From an uncultured delta proteobacterium (GTDB taxonomy: Bacteria > Desulfobacterota > Binatia > JACPRU01), in the NCBI GenBank assembly GCA_963745025.1, contig CAVUWD010000011.1:416001-480000 (forward strand): DNA of 64,000 nt, in the 5' to 3' direction. A program made the translations under genes and the position numbers. Shown piece by piece: positions 59,881-64,000 of this stretch. The notes below the pieces were generated by a model. The model saw only the letters and a program-made list of their open reading frames with translations. It was not told the DNA's origin and did no database searches. Numbering within the stretch: position 1 is the stretch's first letter; each line of letters starts with the position of its first letter.

Positions 59881-61242
59881 ATGGCGAACTACGATTTCGA
59901 CCTCTTCACCATCGGCGCCGGCTCTGGCGGCGTGCGTGCGAGCCGCCTCGCCGCGGGCCTCGGCGCGCGCGTCGCGATCGCCGAGGAGCGCTATCTCGGC
60001 GGCACCTGCGTGAACGTCGGATGCATTCCGAAGAAGCTTCTCGTCTACGCCTCCGAGTTCGCCGACGACTTCGAGGACGCGGGCGGGTTCGGCTGGGCGG
60101 TGGGAGAGCGCCGGATCGACTGGCGCGAGTTGATCGCTCGCAAGGACCGCGAGATCGAACGGCTGAACGACCTCTACCGCCGGCTCCTCGAGGCCGCCGG
60201 CGCGCGCATCGTCGAGGGGCACGCCGTCGTGGTCGATGCGCACACGGTTGCGATCGAGGGACGGCGCTACACCGCGCGAACGCTCCTCGTCGCCACGGGG
60301 GGCTGGCCGTGGAAGCCAGGGATTCCAGGCGCGGAGAACGCCATCACCTCGAACGAGGCCTTCCATCTCGAGACGTTGCCCCGCCGCGTGCTGATCGGCG
60401 GCGGCGGTTACATCGCGGTGGAGTTCGCCGGCATCTTCAAGGGTCTCGGCGCCGAAGTCACCCAGGCCTACCGAGGACCGCTCTTCTTGCGCGGCTTCGA
60501 CGATGATCTGCGCGCCGCGCTCGCCGCGGAGATGCGCGAGCGCGGCGTCGATCTGCGCTTCGACACGACGATCGTGGCGATCGAGCGAGACGACGGGTCG
60601 CTCCGCGTCCGGCTGAGCGACGGCCGGGCGGCGGAGGCGGACCAGGTGATGCTCGCGACCGGCAGGACACCCAACACGCGCGGCATCGGACTCGAGGAAG
60701 CCGGGGTGGAGCTCGATCGGGTCGGCGCGATCCGCGTCGATCCGCTGTCCCGCTCGTCGGTGCCGAGCATCTACGCGATCGGCGACTGCACCAACCGGAT
60801 GAATCTGACGCCGGTCGCGATCGCGGAGGCGCGCGCGTTCGTCGAGACCGCGTTCCGCCAGAACCCGACGCCTATGGACTATCGCGACGTGCCGACGGCG
60901 GTGTTCAGCCAGCCGAGCCTCGGCACGGTCGGGCTGACCGAGGCCGAAGCGCGCGAGCGCTTCACGGCGATCGACGTCTACCGTTCGACGTTCCGCCCGC
61001 TCAAACACACGCTCTCCGGGCGCGGCGAGAAAACGCTGATGAAGCTCGTCGTCGACCGCGCCACCGACCGGGTGCTCGGCTGCCACATGATCGGCCCCGA
61101 CGCCGGCGAGATCATCCAGGGCTTCGCCGTCGCGCTGCGCTGCAACGCGACCAAGGCGCAGTTTGATGCCACCGTGGGTATCCATCCGACCGCGGCCGAA
61201 GAGTTCGTGACGATGCGCGAGAAGGCGGTCGATCCCGCCTGA
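59881..61242 (+). CDS. gor: Glutathione-disulfide reductase
   Basis: [45 protein letters not shown]. Confidence 0.95.
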   Translation: MANYDFDLFTIGAGSGGVRASRLAAGLGARVAIAEERYLGGTCVNVGCIPKKLLVYASEFADDFEDAGGFGWAVGERRIDWRELIARKDREIERLNDLYRRLLEAAGARIVEGHAVVVDAHTVAIEGRRYTARTLLVATGGWPWKPGIPGAENAITSNEAFHLETLPRRVLIGGGGYIAVEFAGIFKGLGAEVTQAYRGPLFLRGFDDDLRAALAAEMRERGVDLRFDTTIVAIERDDGSLRVRLSDGRAAEADQVMLATGRTPNTRGIGLEEAGVELDRVGAIRVDPLSRSSVPSIYAIGDCTNRMNLTPVAIAEARAFVETAFRQNPTPMDYRDVPTAVFSQPSLGTVGLTEAEARERFTAIDVYRSTFRPLKHTLSGRGEKTLMKLVVDRATDRVLGCHMIGPDAGEIIQGFAVALRCNATKAQFDATVGIHPTAAEEFVTMREKAVDPA

Positions 61243-61433
61243 GGCTGGAGAGGTAACTCCTCACGCTTCGGCAAGACGGAACGCGCGCGGAGCGCGGAAG
61301 AGCCGCATTCCACGCTCCGCGCGGCGGCTCAGGAATCCCCAGCCTTGGAGGCAAAGACTGAAGGCACTATCTGGAGAGATCTTCTCCCGACGCGCGATCC
61401 GCGATAAGGACGATCGCGGCAGGAGGTGTGCCT

Positions 61434-62225
61434 ATGACGGGCGCTGCGTCGACCGAGGTCGTTCTCTACGAAGTTCGCGACGGTGTCGCGAAGCTCACGC
61501 TGAATCGCCCCGACCGTCTGAATGCCTGGACGCCCGAGATGGAGGCTCGCTACTTCGGGCTCCTCGAGCACTCGGTCGACGATCCCGCCGTGCGCGCGAT
61601 CGTCGTGACGGGAGCCGGCAAGGGATTCTGCGCGGGTGTCGACATGGAAGCGCTCCAGGCGATCGGCGGCGGCGGCACGTTCGCTCCTTCCGGCAAGCCG
61701 CAGACGTTTCCCCTGACGATCGCCAAGCCGATCCTCGCGGCGATCAACGGCGCGTGCGCCGGCTTGGGCCTCGTGCAGGCGCTGATGTGCGACCTGCGCT
61801 TCGCGGCGGCGGGCGCCAAATTCACGACCGCCTTCGTGCGGCGCGGCTTGGTCGCCGAGCATGGTTCCTCCTGGATTTTACCGCGGCTCGTCGGGCCCGC
61901 GCGCGCGCTCGACCTGCTGCTCTCCGGCAGGGTCGTGCTCGCCGAGGAGGCGCTCGCCATGGGCATCATCAACCGGGTCGTCGCCCCGGACTCTCTACTC
62001 GATACCGCCATGGACTATGCGCGCGGTCTCGCCGCACACTGCTCTCCGACCGCGATGGCTGCGATCAAGCACCAGGTCTATCGCCACTCGGAGACCGATC
62101 TCGCCACGGCGATGCGGGAATCCAACGAGCTGATGGCCGCGTCGCTCCAGCGGCCCGACTTCCGAGAGGGTGTGGCGAGCTTCGTCGAGCGCCGGCCGCC
62201 GCGCTTCGCGCCGCTCGGAAAGTAG
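61434..62225 (+). CDS. Enoyl-CoA hydratase/isomerase family
   Basis: NRPDRLNA, FCAGVDM, INGACAGLG, AEHG; AGGAGG RBS. Confidence 0.93.
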   Translation: MTGAASTEVVLYEVRDGVAKLTLNRPDRLNAWTPEMEARYFGLLEHSVDDPAVRAIVVTGAGKGFCAGVDMEALQAIGGGGTFAPSGKPQTFPLTIAKPILAAINGACAGLGLVQALMCDLRFAAAGAKFTTAFVRRGLVAEHGSSWILPRLVGPARALDLLLSGRVVLAEEALAMGIINRVVAPDSLLDTAMDYARGLAAHCSPTAMAAIKHQVYRHSETDLATAMRESNELMAASLQRPDFREGVASFVERRPPRFAPLGK

Positions 62226-62240
62226 ACAAGTGCCGTACGG

Positions 62241-62479
62241 CCTCAGTCTCCGTAGAACCCGCGGGGATACGGAAAACGCGGTCGGTATGGATCGGCCCGT
62301 ACTCGGGTCGATCCATACCGACCGCAACCGCGCGCAGCGGAAGGCGATAACCAACGCGAGTTGGTCTATTGTGTTCCGCGCTTACGCGCGATTGCGCTTG
62401 GTTTCCATCGGTCCGAGTCCGGATCGACGAAAACCAAGCGCGGTTTCCCCTATTGCCGAGCATTCTACCGAAACCGAGG
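62241..62479. repeat. ~240-bp three-hairpin palindromic element (family B), full copy
   Basis: Ends CCTCAGTCTCCGTAGAA / TTCTACCGAAACCGAGG; hairpins 62278-62325 and 62394-62441 around a central stem. Confidence 0.85.
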
Positions 62480-62534
62480 GATACCGCCCGCCCGCTTTCT
62501 CCGTCGTGCCGACTCGTTATAATGACCGGCGCTC

Positions 62535-64000
62535 GTGCACAGGCGTCCTCTCCTTCTCGTCCTGATTCCGGTCGTTCTCGCTGCTTCCCGGTCCCGTCCG
62601 GTGCTCGCGTCGGCGTTTTGGGACGACGCGCGGCCATCCGCCGCGGGCCAGGTCTTCGTGCTTGCGCCGCAAGGCATCCGTAGCGAGACGGCCGAAGCCG
62701 TGCATCGCGAAGAGCTCCTCGTCGTCGATCTCTCGGATGAATGGGCCCCGTTCATCTTCAGCGAGAGCGACGGGGCGGGCAAGGACGTGAAGCCGAACCC
62801 GTACCGCAAGACCTTCATCGCTCTCGCCGACGACCGCGCCACGTCCGACGAGCTGTTTCTCGAGAGCCCCGCCGGGCAGGCCGCCGTGCTGTCGACGGTC
62901 CCCGCGCCGCTCCGGTCGCAGACGCCGAACGAGCGGTCGGGGGACGAGCAGCAGGCGCTCGAGCGCGCGCGGCATGCCCTGATCGCCGGGCGAACGCCGA
63001 ACTTTCTCGAGGTGTACGGGATTCCGCCGACGCTGTCGGTGCTGGCCCGCCGCGTCGCGCAGCACGCCGCGAAGACCTGCTACGCGACCATCGATCCGCA
63101 AGCGCTGCGTGGGCTCGACTTCGAGATCAGCTTCCAGTCTCGCGAGCAGGCTCGCGCGGACTACGACGAGGCGATGAGCGATGCCGCATGGGTTGCGGGG
63201 GCGCTCGCGGCACTCGGCGACGACGCCGAGGGGTTGTTGCCCGACGCGGCGGCGGCGAAGCTACTCGCCGCGGATCCGCAGGTCAACATCGCAAGGCTGG
63301 ACCGCTACCGCCGCGGCCAGGCGCGCCTGCGTGCCGCGCGCGCGGTGCAAGACCGACTCGTCTGCGAAGGCCTGCTCTTGCCCGGCCGCTTCACCCCCGA
63401 CACATTCGACCTGGCCACGCACCGCGCCCTCGCCGAGTTCGAACGGGAGAACGACATCTTCGGCTGGGGATTCGTCAGCGGCGACACCAAGGAAGCGCTG
63501 CTGCGCTCTTCACTCGAGCTTCAGTTCGAGACCTTCCGTCGCATCCTGGCGGAGCGCATCGCCGATGCCGCCGGGATCGTCGAGGACGGGTCGGTCTCGA
63601 AGGGCGCCGAGCCAGCCAGCTACGTGAACGAGGCGGGTGAAGCCTGCCCCGTGCCGAACGTGATCGGCGATTTTCTCGCGGCCCTGCTGAGCGCGATGCA
63701 GATCACCATCCCGGACGACATGGTGGGGTTCTTGCAAAAATTCCAGGCCGGAGGGTTCGCCCACGTCTTCGTGGCGTTTCGGCCGCCGCCCCTCCCTCCG
63801 TATTACGCACCGGTGATGGACCTCTCGGCCGAGATCGATCGCGGCGACGTGTGGTACGACGTGCCCCTCGACGCGGGCGGCAAGCCGCTTCCGCAGCTGC
63901 GGCGGCGTTATCCGTCCTTCGCGCTGTTCGTCAACTGGCGTGGCCAGAAGATCCCGCTCGTCCGCTGGCGGACGACGATCGGATCGTGGCGCAGCGAGCT
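62535..64000 (+). CDS. Large secreted protein, possibly L,D-transpeptidase-related (runs off window end)
   Basis: Not in the ORF track. GTG at 62535 gives MHRRPLLLVLIPVVLAA signal; VDLSDEWAPFIFSE, PNPYRKTF, EIDRGDVWYD and LVRWRTTIGSW; TATAAT at 62518-62523. Confidence 0.7.
   Translation, partial: MHRRPLLLVLIPVVLAASRSRPVLASAFWDDARPSAAGQVFVLAPQGIRSETAEAVHREELLVVDLSDEWAPFIFSESDGAGKDVKPNPYRKTFIALADDRATSDELFLESPAGQAAVLSTVPAPLRSQTPNERSGDEQQALERARHALIAGRTPNFLEVYGIPPTLSVLARRVAQHAAKTCYATIDPQALRGLDFEISFQSREQARADYDEAMSDAAWVAGALAALGDDAEGLLPDAAAAKLLAADPQVNIARLDRYRRGQARLRAARAVQDRLVCEGLLLPGRFTPDTFDLATHRALAEFERENDIFGWGFVSGDTKEALLRSSLELQFETFRRILAERIADAAGIVEDGSVSKGAEPASYVNEAGEACPVPNVIGDFLAALLSAMQITIPDDMVGFLQKFQAGGFAHVFVAFRPPPLPPYYAPVMDLSAEIDRGDVWYDVPLDAGGKPLPQLRRRYPSFALFVNWRGQKIPLVRWRTTIGSWRSE

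Overview
GC-rich bacterial chromosome segment. The gene content (System I* ccm genes, DUF1329, many acyl-CoA and catabolic enzymes) is compatible with a Binatia/deltaproteobacterial genome, but that is inference only. About 55 CDS can be supported; I saw no rRNA, tRNA or CRISPR array. Main blocks: an amide-hydrolase operon ending in N,N-dimethylformamidase small and large subunit homologues; a RAYT-type HUH transposase bracketed by 31-bp inverted repeats, with an empty copy nearby; catabolic enzymes; ccmE-F-H, pepP, ilvD and hemF; a thiolase coupled to a domain-permuted, active-site-remodelled B12 acyl-CoA mutase; a decayed accessory island (IS91 remnant, SEC-C proteins, BrnTA); msrA overlapping a bacterial cereblon (CULT) ORF; a fused EutBC; exported MsrB/MsrA; a large secreted beta-propeller/di-heme protein; and gor. 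At least three unrelated intergenic repeat families are present. All product calls come from motif recognition by eye, not from database searches.
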